Below are positions 29,413 to 37,650 of a stretch of 64,000 nt of DNA, one piece after another. The translations under genes and the position numbers were made by a program. The DNA lies in IMG/VR virus record IMGVR_UViG_3300012156_000175. One strand, written 5' to 3'. How positions within the stretch are numbered: position 1 is the stretch's first letter; every line of letters starts with the position of its first letter. Below the pieces are notes generated by a model. The model searched no databases and had not been told where the DNA came from. It saw only the letters and a list, made by a program, of their open reading frames with translations. The DNA is from a virus. Lineage: Duplodnaviria > Heunggongvirae > Uroviricota > Caudoviricetes.

Positions 29413-31404
29413 ATGGATAAAAAAGAAAGAATTAATGAACTGGTAGTAGAGTTAAACAAGGCAAATAGAGCTTATTATCAAGAAAGTCGAGAAATCATGA
29501 GCAACTTAGAATATGATAAACTGTATGATGAACTTTTGATGTTAGAGTCAGATACAGGTTATTCTCCAGACAACAGCCCAACAAAGAATGTTGGCTACCA
29601 GATTGTTAGTGCTCTTAATAAGGTTACCCATGAATACCCAGCCCTGTCTCTGGATAAAACGAAAGACCGGAGCGAACTAAAAGAATGGCTCAATCAAAAA
29701 GCTGGTGTCTTGAGTTGGAAATTAGATGGTTTAACTATTCAATTAACTTATGATGATGGAAAACTAACAAGAGCTGTTACCAGAGGAAATGGAGAAGTCG
29801 GTGAAGATGTTACTCACAACGCCGTTTACTTTAAAGGCGTTCCTAAGGAGATTGACTTTAAACAACATTTCGTTTGTCGTGGAGAGGCACTTATCTCTTA
29901 TAAGACGTTTGAAAAAATCAATCAGTTGCTAAAACCGGATGAACAGTACAAAAACCCGAGAAATCTTGCAAGTGGATCTGCAAGACAGTTGGATGCGAAA
30001 GCGGCAGCAGCCCGTGGAATTGAGTTTAAAGCTTTTGAACTTGTCTTGGCAAATGGAAAAGCAATTCCAACTTACGCAGATTCATTTGACTGGATGAAAA
30101 CGCTTGGATTTGATGTTGTAGAGTATGAACGAGTAAATCCAGATAATCTATTGGAAAGGATAGAGTATTTGGAAGAGACTATCGTTACTAATGATTTCCC
30201 GTCTGATGGGCTAGTGTTATCGTATGATGATATTGCTTATGGAAAATCTCTTGGAACAACTGGAAAATTTCCAAAACATTCAATTGCCTTTAAGTGGGCC
30301 GATGGAATACAAGAGACAATATTAACTGATATTGAGTGGAGTGCTTCTAGAACAGGACTCATTAATCCTGTAGCCGTATTTGAGCCGGTTGAACTTGAAG
30401 GAACAACAGTAAGTCGTGCTAGTGTGCACAATGTCAGCATTGTAGAATCCTTGAAATTAGGTGCGGGAGATAATATCACTGTTTATAAAGCTAATATGAT
30501 TATTCCTCAGATTGCTGAAAATATTACCAAAAGCGGAACGGCTGTGATTCCTCAATATTGTCCAGTTTGTGGTAGCAAAACAACAATAAAAGAGACTACA
30601 AACAATGGTCAAACAATTAAAACGTTGTATTGTATTAATCTGGAATGTCAGGCAAAACAGATCAAGAAATTTGCACATTTTGTGGAACGGGACAGAATGA
30701 ATATCTCTGGGCTTAGTGAAGCGACTTTGGAAAAATTAATAGGTGAAGGATTCATTAAGGAATTCAAGGATATTTATCATCTTGATGCTTACAAGGAAAA
30801 AATCGTAAAGATGGAAGGATTTGGAGAAAAATCATATGAGAAACTGGCGAAAGCTATTGACAAAAGCAAGACAGTGAAACTTGAAAATCTTATTGCTGCA
30901 TTAGGTATTGAGAATGTTGGTCGAGATGCCGGCAAGAAAATATCAAAAGCTCTAGGTGGAGATATTGATCGTTTTAATGAGAAGCTAGAAACAGGTTATT
31001 TCCTTGACGTTAAGGACGTTGGCGAATTAAGTAACAATGCAATTAGTGCATGGTATCAAAAGCAAAAGCTTCTAAATAATGAAGGAAAAAGTGAATATTT
31101 TAATTTGCTAAAAGAAATTGAAGTAATTATTCCAAAGAAAAAAGAGACAAGTGAAAAGACGGAAAGTTTACTTGGTGGTAAGAAATTTGTTATTACTGGT
31201 TCTTTGAACTTGTATGCCAGCAGGGCCGAATTAATTGAAAAGATTGAATTTCTTGGAGGAAGTGCTTCAGGCTCTGTCTCTGCAAAAACAGATTACTTAA
31301 TCAACAATGATACAACAAGCAATTCCTCAAAGAACAAAAAGGCAAAAGAAGCTGGTGTATCAATAATCACGGAAGAAGAATTCATGAAACTATTAGAAAG
31401 ATGA
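29413..31404 (+). CDS. ligA: NAD-dependent DNA ligase
   Basis: 663 aa. Adenylation region with KLDG, a 4-Cys Zn finger (CPVCGS…C…C), an HhH region and a C-terminal BRCT domain. Confidence 0.92.
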   Translation: MDKKERINELVVELNKANRAYYQESREIMSNLEYDKLYDELLMLESDTGYSPDNSPTKNVGYQIVSALNKVTHEYPALSLDKTKDRSELKEWLNQKAGVLSWKLDGLTIQLTYDDGKLTRAVTRGNGEVGEDVTHNAVYFKGVPKEIDFKQHFVCRGEALISYKTFEKINQLLKPDEQYKNPRNLASGSARQLDAKAAAARGIEFKAFELVLANGKAIPTYADSFDWMKTLGFDVVEYERVNPDNLLERIEYLEETIVTNDFPSDGLVLSYDDIAYGKSLGTTGKFPKHSIAFKWADGIQETILTDIEWSASRTGLINPVAVFEPVELEGTTVSRASVHNVSIVESLKLGAGDNITVYKANMIIPQIAENITKSGTAVIPQYCPVCGSKTTIKETTNNGQTIKTLYCINLECQAKQIKKFAHFVERDRMNISGLSEATLEKLIGEGFIKEFKDIYHLDAYKEKIVKMEGFGEKSYEKLAKAIDKSKTVKLENLIAALGIENVGRDAGKKISKALGGDIDRFNEKLETGYFLDVKDVGELSNNAISAWYQKQKLLNNEGKSEYFNLLKEIEVIIPKKKETSEKTESLLGGKKFVITGSLNLYASRAELIEKIEFLGGSASGSVSAKTDYLINNDTTSNSSKNKKAKEAGVSIITEEEFMKLLER

Positions 31405-31412
31405 AATAATTA

Positions 31413-31436
31413 AGAGAGCCTTTGGGCTCTTTTTGC
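31413..31436 (+). terminator. rho-independent terminator (AGAGAGCCTTTGGGCTCT)
   Basis: Hairpin plus T-run. Recurrent motif. Confidence 0.55.
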
Positions 31437-31507
31437 AATGAATTTAAAATTATTTTAGTGTGATTTACTACATATTATATTTAACTAATTAGAAAAGGAG
31501 AATCTAT

Positions 31508-32512
31508 ATGAATATCAATGATCAAAGTTATGATAATGAAGAATTTAAGAATGTTAGGAAAATTGTTGGTATTGGAAAAGCAATTATATTAACTTTGTTT
31601 CTGGTGATTACTGTATTCAGTTCATTTTATATGTTAAATGAAAATACAATTGCCGTAATTACAACATTTGGAGTACCATCTGTTGTCGACAAAGCAGGTC
31701 CACATTTTAAAATACCTTATATTCAACAAATTCATCATGTGTCAAAAAACATCGTAGGAATGCCAATTGGCTATAATTCAGATTATGATAACAAAGAAGG
31801 TGCTGATAATGCCAATTTTTCAATTACTTCAGAATCAGAAATGATAACGAAAGATTTTAATTTTGTTGAAGTAGACTTCTATATTGAATATCAGGTTGTT
31901 GACGCAATCAGCTATTTCAAGAATGAAAAAGTAGCTGAAGTAATATTGAAAAATTTAGCACAATCATATATTAGAGACACTGTAGGCGTTTATAATGTGG
32001 ATGATGTCATAACAACAGGTAAGGCTGAAATTCAAGCAAAAGTAAAAGAATTATTATCAAACAGATTAAATGAAGAAAATATTGGGCTTGGAATTTATAA
32101 TGTTACTATTCAAGATGCTCAGCCGCCAACAGATGCAGTAAATAATGCCTTTAAAGCGGTAGAAGATGCTAAGCAAGGAATGGAAACGGCAATGAATGAG
32201 GCAAAAAGATATCAATCGGAGAAAATTCCTGTAGCAAATGCACAAGCAGATAAGATTAAGCAAGATGCTGAAGCATATAAACAAAAAAGAATCAGTGAAG
32301 CAGAAGGTCAGGTCGCAAGGTTCGAATCTATGTATAACGAATACTTAAATTATCCATTAATCACAAAACGAAGAATGTTTTATGAAACAATGGAAACAGT
32401 TTTGCCAGAACTTAAAGTAATTATTGATTCAAGTAATGGTACTCAAAAAATATTACCATTAGATACATTATCAACAACGATGAGTGCAGATAGCAAATTG
32501 GAGGACAATTAA
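31508..32512 (+). CDS. hflK: FtsH modulator HflK (SPFH/band-7)
   Basis: An N-terminal TM segment followed by an SPFH domain, with HflC immediately downstream. Confidence 0.85.
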   Translation: MNINDQSYDNEEFKNVRKIVGIGKAIILTLFLVITVFSSFYMLNENTIAVITTFGVPSVVDKAGPHFKIPYIQQIHHVSKNIVGMPIGYNSDYDNKEGADNANFSITSESEMITKDFNFVEVDFYIEYQVVDAISYFKNEKVAEVILKNLAQSYIRDTVGVYNVDDVITTGKAEIQAKVKELLSNRLNEENIGLGIYNVTIQDAQPPTDAVNNAFKAVEDAKQGMETAMNEAKRYQSEKIPVANAQADKIKQDAEAYKQKRISEAEGQVARFESMYNEYLNYPLITKRRMFYETMETVLPELKVIIDSSNGTQKILPLDTLSTTMSADSKLEDN

Positions 32513-33397
32513 ATGAATAAAATAATAAAGTATGTTAAAGATATCGTCATTAAATCTGTGCTTATACTATTTTTGATTATTATCGCTACAGGTTCTATTG
32601 TTACTACATCAGCGAAAGAATATAAGCTTATTACTCAGTTTGGTGAAGTTGTAAGAATTGAGACAGAGCCTGGTGCATCTTTTAAAATACCATTTATTCA
32701 AGGAACATTAAGTGTTCCTAATTATAAGATGATTGCTGATTTATATCCCAGCAATGTTACTACAAAAGATAAAAAAGTCATGACTGTAGACAGTTTCGTT
32801 ATATGGCGAATTTCTGATCCAGTTAAATATCTTTCATCATTAAATGCAAGTTTAGAAAATGCTGAAAATCGTTTAGAAAATGTTGTGTATAACTCTGTAA
32901 AGACTGTATTATCAAGAACAGATCAGGAAGAAATCATTTCGGGCAGAGATGGTTTAATTGCAACAACTATTACAGAAAATATTGGTAATGCCATGGAGTC
33001 TTATGGGATAGAAATTCTTAGCGTGGAAACGAAAAAATTAGATCTGCCAGACTCCAATAAAGAAGCCGTTTATCAGCGAATGATTTCTGAAAGAAATAAT
33101 ATTGCAGCAGGCTATACAGCAAATGGCCAATATGAATCAAATTTAATAAAAAATGAGACAGATAGAAATGTAACGGAGACAATTGCAAAAGCAGAGGCAG
33201 AAGCTGAAGAAATTAAGGCAGCAGGTGAAGCTGAATATATGAGAGTTCTTAGTAATGCATATAATGATGAGTCAAAGGCAGACTTCTATAACTATGTTCG
33301 GTCCTTAGACGCACTAAAGTCCTCATTAAAAGGGAAAAATAAAACTGTCATATTAGATGAAAACAGTGAACTTTCAAAAATTTTGTCAGGAAATTAA
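32513..33397 (+). CDS. hflC: FtsH modulator HflC (SPFH/band-7)
   Basis: SPFH domain and a coiled-coil C-terminus. The ATG lies one base after the hflK stop. Confidence 0.85.
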   Translation: MNKIIKYVKDIVIKSVLILFLIIIATGSIVTTSAKEYKLITQFGEVVRIETEPGASFKIPFIQGTLSVPNYKMIADLYPSNVTTKDKKVMTVDSFVIWRISDPVKYLSSLNASLENAENRLENVVYNSVKTVLSRTDQEEIISGRDGLIATTITENIGNAMESYGIEILSVETKKLDLPDSNKEAVYQRMISERNNIAAGYTANGQYESNLIKNETDRNVTETIAKAEAEAEEIKAAGEAEYMRVLSNAYNDESKADFYNYVRSLDALKSSLKGKNKTVILDENSELSKILSGN

Positions 33398-33398
33398 A

Positions 33399-33421
33399 AA
33401 GAGCCTTTGGGCTCTTTTTTT
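33399..33421 (+). terminator. rho-independent terminator (AAAGAGCCTTTGGGCTCTTT)
   Basis: Hairpin plus T-run. Confidence 0.55.
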
Positions 33422-33482
33422 ACGAAAAAATGCGTTGTAATCTCATACTATAATAAAGAAAAATAAAAAGGAGATTATAGAT

Positions 33483-34580
33483 ATGATAAATTTCAAAATA
33501 GAACAGGACGATATCACTACTTATAATGTAGATGCAATCGTCAATGCGGCTTATTCGACTTTGTTGGGCGGAGGTGGAGTGGATGGAGCAATCCATAGAA
33601 AAGCCGATCCAGAATTATTAGAAGAATGTAGAACGTTGAATGGTTGTAAAATAGGTGAAGCTAAAATTACTAAGGGATATAATTTGACTGCGAAGCACAT
33701 TATTCATACCGTGGGTCCTAATATAACAGGGATTTATGGTCCTACAGAAGATGAAGTGAAAGATTTATACAATAGAAGGGAACTAACGGTAGGGTATTGT
33801 AAAAAGAGAGCCATGGAAACAGACGAATATAATCTTAAAATAGAAGAATTAAGGAAATTTATTCAAAATGCAAATAATATTGTATTTATGGGCGGAGCCG
33901 GAGTATCTACCGAGTCAGGGATTCCGGACTTTAGAGGAGAAGCTGGACTATATATAAAAGAACATGATTATAAGTATAGCCCACGTAAAATGCTGTCAAA
34001 AGGATTTTTCTATACTCATAAAAAAGAGTTCTATGATTTTTATAGATCATTGATACCTAAATTTGAAATCAAACCCAATAATGCACATGTAGCATTAGCT
34101 AAATTAGAAAAGATAAAACATCTAACAATTATTACTCAAAATATTGATGGACTACATGAAAAAGCAGGCAGCAGAGAAATTATCAATTTACATGGAACAG
34201 CAGTGAAAAATCACTGTCAGCTTTGTCGAACAAGATATACTCAAAACGAAATGAATCAATTACTTAAAGAATCAAATGGAGGTATCCCAAGATGTAAAAA
34301 ATGCCAAATAGGAACTGTTCGTCCTGATACTATATTATACGACGAGATGATATCACCAAAGTTACTAATTAATGCAAAGAAAGCTATTAAACATGCTGAT
34401 CTGGTGATTGTAGGTGGAACAACAATGTTGGTTAATCCAACAAAGACTTTACTCAAAAAATATAAAGGAAAAATAGTTATTATTAATAAAGGCGAAACAT
34501 CTTTAGATGGTAGAGCTGATATACTATTTAATAACGAAATTGGAACAGTGCTAGATGATGCAATATCTAATTTAGAATAA
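33483..34580 (+). CDS. Macro domain - Sir2 (sirtuin) fusion protein, NAD-dependent deacylase / ADP-ribose processing
   Basis: The N-terminal macro domain has [23 protein letters not shown]. The Sir2 core has [15 protein letters not shown], a QNIDGLHE motif and a Zn ribbon CQLC…CKKC. Confidence 0.75.
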   Translation: MINFKIEQDDITTYNVDAIVNAAYSTLLGGGGVDGAIHRKADPELLEECRTLNGCKIGEAKITKGYNLTAKHIIHTVGPNITGIYGPTEDEVKDLYNRRELTVGYCKKRAMETDEYNLKIEELRKFIQNANNIVFMGGAGVSTESGIPDFRGEAGLYIKEHDYKYSPRKMLSKGFFYTHKKEFYDFYRSLIPKFEIKPNNAHVALAKLEKIKHLTIITQNIDGLHEKAGSREIINLHGTAVKNHCQLCRTRYTQNEMNQLLKESNGGIPRCKKCQIGTVRPDTILYDEMISPKLLINAKKAIKHADLVIVGGTTMLVNPTKTLLKKYKGKIVIINKGETSLDGRADILFNNEIGTVLDDAISNLE

Positions 34581-34589
34581 GCTACATAA

Positions 34590-34612
34590 AAAAAGGCCTT
34601 ATGGCCTTTTAT
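34590..34612. terminator. bidirectional terminator (AAAAGGCCTTATGGCCTTTT)
   Basis: Palindromic hairpin between convergent genes. Confidence 0.55.
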
Positions 34613-35019
34613 CTTATTTCAATTGTTTTTGGTTCTTTCTTTTCAACAACTTTTTTGGGAATGATGATAGTTAACATGCCATCGGCCATTTTAGCAGAGA
34701 TGATTTCAGCTTCCACATTATCATTAAGTAAAATTCTCTGTTCGTAACTGCTGGAACTTTTACTAACAATAGACTCAGTCTCAGTCTCAGAGGAAACGGT
34801 CTTTTCAGCAACAATTTTCAAAATAGTATCTTCAACTGAAATTGAAACATCCTCTTTCTTGTATCCCGGCAACCCAACACTGACTCTATAATCAGCATCT
34901 GAATCAGAGATATCACATTGGCCACCACGGAACAAATCAGGAAAGTTCAAATTGTCAAATACCCGGTTAAAAGCTTCGTTAAATTTGTCTTGTCGTCTTT
35001 TTAAATAAAACATATACAT
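34609..35019 (-). CDS. Hsp20/alpha-crystallin family small heat-shock protein
   Basis: Alpha-crystallin domain pattern (DISDSDADYRVSVGLPGYKKEDVSI…), 136 aa. Confidence 0.8.
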   Translation of the reverse strand: MYMFYLKRRQDKFNEAFNRVFDNLNFPDLFRGGQCDISDSDADYRVSVGLPGYKKEDVSISVEDTILKIVAEKTVSSETETESIVSKSSSSYEQRILLNDNVEAEIISAKMADGMLTIIIPKKVVEKKEPKTIEIR

Positions 35020-35133
35020 TACCTCCGTTTTTAATATATTACATAAATATTATGTGAGTTTTTGAAAACACATAACCCTTTTTATTAAATAAATAAAAAA
35101 GGCATACTAAAGAAAAAGAAAGGGAGAGAAGAA

Positions 35134-35313
35134 TTGAAAAGAACTTTATTATTATTTAATGTAGTAAAATATCTGGGATCTATGAATCATCAGTGGAAAC
35201 TAATTAATACGAACTTTGACTCCAATCCTAAAACAGTTGATATAACACAAGACGGTGTAACAAATACCTTTGAATTAAATGAAAATGGAACTATGTTGAT
35301 GGGAGAAGTGTAA
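35134..35313 (+). CDS. small protein (59 aa; TTG start, alternative ATG at 35182) translationally coupled to the PTH2 gene
   Basis: RBS AAAGGGAGAGAAGAA precedes the TTG. Its stop overlaps the next start (TAATGA). Confidence 0.3.
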   Translation: MKRTLLLFNVVKYLGSMNHQWKLINTNFDSNPKTVDITQDGVTNTFELNENGTMLMGEV

Positions 35314-35747
35314 TGATAAAGCAATATATTGTTATAAGAAAAGACCTACCGATGTCTCCAGGAAAATTAGCAGCTCAAACATCTCATGCAAGTTTAGCTT
35401 TTTTAACCAATATGATGGCTTCAAATATCAAACGGATTGATGATACATATGAATGTAATATTTCTATTGATAAATATCTGTGGGAAAATTGGATGAGTCC
35501 GGATGCTAGTTTCACAAAAGTAACCTTAGGGATTAAAAACAGAGACAAAATGATAAAGCTTATTGAAAAAGCAAAAAGCTTTGGTTTTGAAGAAGGTAAG
35601 GATTTCTTTTGTATTCATGATGCCGCAAAGACAGAGCTATCTGATTTTATAGAAGAAGATGGGTCTGTTCTTACCTGTGTAGGCTTTAAGCCTAGAGAAG
35701 AATCTGAATTAAGAGAATTACTAAAGCGATTGCAATTATTTAAATAG
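35313..35747 (+). CDS. peptidyl-tRNA hydrolase PTH2-family protein
   Basis: YIVIRKDLPMSPGKLAAQTSHAS matches the PTH2 core (VVR.DL.M..GK.AAQ..HA). Confidence 0.6.
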   Translation: MIKQYIVIRKDLPMSPGKLAAQTSHASLAFLTNMMASNIKRIDDTYECNISIDKYLWENWMSPDASFTKVTLGIKNRDKMIKLIEKAKSFGFEEGKDFFCIHDAAKTELSDFIEEDGSVLTCVGFKPREESELRELLKRLQLFK

Positions 35748-35793
35748 CCATAAAATTAAGGAGAAAAGGAAAATATGTATATATGAAAATCAT

Positions 35794-35979
35794 TTGGGTG
35801 GCATATATGCGTCAGACACAGAATTAGATTATGAATGCTTGTATTGCGAACAGTGTGGTGATGTAGATTGGTTAATTGGCCAGGCTAATACAAAAGAAGA
35901 TACTAATATAGATAGTTCTGGTGGTCGGGATTATGATTATATCCAAGGATTTTTAAAGGAGAGTTTTGATGAGTTGTAA
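35794..35979 (+). CDS. small Cys-containing ORF (doubtful; the strong upstream RBS at 35762 leads only to a 3-codon ORF)
   Basis: TTG start without an RBS. Possibly a broken gene. Confidence 0.15.
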   Translation: MGGIYASDTELDYECLYCEQCGDVDWLIGQANTKEDTNIDSSGGRDYDYIQGFLKESFDEL

Positions 35980-36018
35980 ATAGTAGGGAGTCAAAGTCAG
36001 GCAAAAATAATGAAATAA

Positions 36019-36044
36019 AAAAGAGGACATAGTCCTCTTTTTTA
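36019..36044. terminator. bidirectional terminator (AAGAGGACATAGTCCTCTT)
   Basis: Hairpin flanked by A-run and T-run. Confidence 0.55.
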
Positions 36045-36102
36045 AATATCATTCCTTTTCACTTATTTAAACAGCTTTCATAGATGTTGTATTCTGTTTG
36101 TC

Positions 36103-36330
36103 TTAGTCAACTTTTATAATTGCATTATCAATATTCTTCTCCAGTCTATTTATTTCTCTATTCAGTACTTCTGCAATATCAGTGCATAAATGACGAATAG
36201 GTTGGTTTAAGTCTGCAGCGGTCTCTAATTCCTTTTTTGTCTTATCAACTTTTTCCAGAGAATCTGTTTTATATCCCAGGAAATATTCTTGTAGCCTTAT
36301 CATGTCATCGTAGTTGCTTTGCAGATTCAT
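36103..36330 (-). CDS. small protein (75 aa), last gene of the helicase-led small-gene array
   Basis: AAAGGAG RBS. The conserved upstream junction begins TAAATTATTTTTTAAAGGAG. Confidence 0.45.
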   Translation of the reverse strand: MNLQSNYDDMIRLQEYFLGYKTDSLEKVDKTKKELETAADLNQPIRHLCTDIAEVLNREINRLEKNIDNAIIKVD

Positions 36331-36384
36331 GATTTGATCTTTTACTTCTTTTACTGTTATTTATTTTCTCCTTTAAAAAATAAT

Positions 36385-36630
36385 TTATTTGCCTGTAATC
36401 TTGTCTAAACACTCATTCCAATCGTCTGAATATCCTACAGGTCCAGTAGATGCTACCCATTGTTTCTCTGGCAGCTCTCGAAGTGGACAGTTTTCAAGTT
36501 TAGAAAATCGATTATCTATTTTTGCATTCTTATATGATAGCATTCGACATCTACATTTGGGTTCATAATCAATAAACCTGCACAATTCGCAACAACTTGG
36601 TGTTTCAACAATTAACACGGATTTACCCAT
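36385..36630 (-). CDS. small Cys-rich protein (81 aa)
   Basis: CCELCRF…CRCR cluster. Junction TAAATTAATTTTCAAGAAAGGAAAAG precedes the ATG. Confidence 0.45.
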   Translation of the reverse strand: MGKSVLIVETPSCCELCRFIDYEPKCRCRMLSYKNAKIDNRFSKLENCPLRELPEKQWVASTGPVGYSDDWNECLDKITGK

Positions 36631-36654
36631 ATAACACTTTTCCTTTCTTGAAAA

Positions 36655-37059
36655 TTAATTTAATAGGTCTCGTATTTCTTCCGACAATTCGGTCTCTCTG
36701 CCATACAGATTTTCAATTTCTTCTGCTGCCTCTTCCAATAGTTTGCTTAACTTTGCAATCTTTTCTGCTATTGCCTTTTCGTTTTTCAACCAACAACCAG
36801 TGCACACATTCTTCTCTAAGTTCAATTTCAGGTGTGAAATTTCTAATTCTTTATTTTCATATCTACGATTCCATATTTTTATTGCTTGGTATACAGCTTC
36901 ATAACCGTCATATTCTGATTTGTTTTCATGGAGAGCGTATTGACATCCAATAAGTTTAATTTGTATCCCAACATGACAATTTGGGCAGCTGACTTGATCA
37001 CCATTATAAATCCCTTTTACTGCTTCACTTCCACAGAATGGACAAGGCTTTATTTCCAT
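36655..37059 (-). CDS. Lar-family restriction-alleviation protein homologue with a C-terminal coiled coil
   Basis: The N-terminal MEIKPCPFCGSEAV…CPNCH matches the Lar family KPCPFCG zinc-ribbon signature. Confidence 0.55.
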   Translation of the reverse strand: MEIKPCPFCGSEAVKGIYNGDQVSCPNCHVGIQIKLIGCQYALHENKSEYDGYEAVYQAIKIWNRRYENKELEISHLKLNLEKNVCTGCWLKNEKAIAEKIAKLSKLLEEAAEEIENLYGRETELSEEIRDLLN

Positions 37060-37103
37060 TATTCTCCTATTTCCTTTCTCGGCTTTTGCCGTTAAAAATT
37101 AAT

Positions 37104-37373
37104 TTAATAAACAAACTGACATTCTGTAAATTCCTCGTCCACAATGATATTGAAATCATCATCATCATAGTAACTGTCATTTTTAGTTACCAACATTTCA
37201 ACATACAACTCACCAGAAATTCCTTTCTCTTTTAAAGCATTCAGGATACTGCTCTTGAAGTTATTTTTCAACATAAGTTCAGACAACTCCACTCCTGACT
37301 CTTCGATTGTGAAAAGTATGTTATTACTGGAAACATCACATATGATACATTCGATTTTAAATTCTCTTTCCAT
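37104..37373 (-). CDS. small highly acidic protein (89 aa)
   Basis: A YYDDDDFNIIVDEEFTE acidic tract. Junction TAAATTAATTTTCAAGAAAAGGAGAAAC precedes the ATG. Confidence 0.45.
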   Translation of the reverse strand: MEREFKIECIICDVSSNNILFTIEESGVELSELMLKNNFKSSILNALKEKGISGELYVEMLVTKNDSYYDDDDFNIIVDEEFTECQFVY

Positions 37374-37398
37374 GTTTCTCCTTTTCTTGAAAATTAAT

Positions 37399-37626
37399 TT
37401 AACTAATTCCGATAGAGCTTACAAACAACTCGATTATTCCATTTTCAACCCATGCTACAGTGACCGAATATACATCATAACCAGGGCTATCAAACATTTC
37501 GTCAACTGATACTTTACAGTTGTCTATACCATTATTACTCATAAATTCCTCGATTTCTTGTTGACATTCCACGTTGCAATCTTCATCGAAATTATCAATA
37601 AGCTCTTCTAATTTTTCTTTTAACAT
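37399..37626 (-). CDS. small highly acidic protein (75 aa)
   Basis: Asp/Glu-rich with several Cys. AAGAGGAG RBS. First gene after the helicase. Confidence 0.45.
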   Translation of the reverse strand: MLKEKLEELIDNFDEDCNVECQQEIEEFMSNNGIDNCKVSVDEMFDSPGYDVYSVTVAWVENGIIELFVSSIGIS

Positions 37627-37650
37627 CCTTCTATTCTCCTCTTTTAAATT

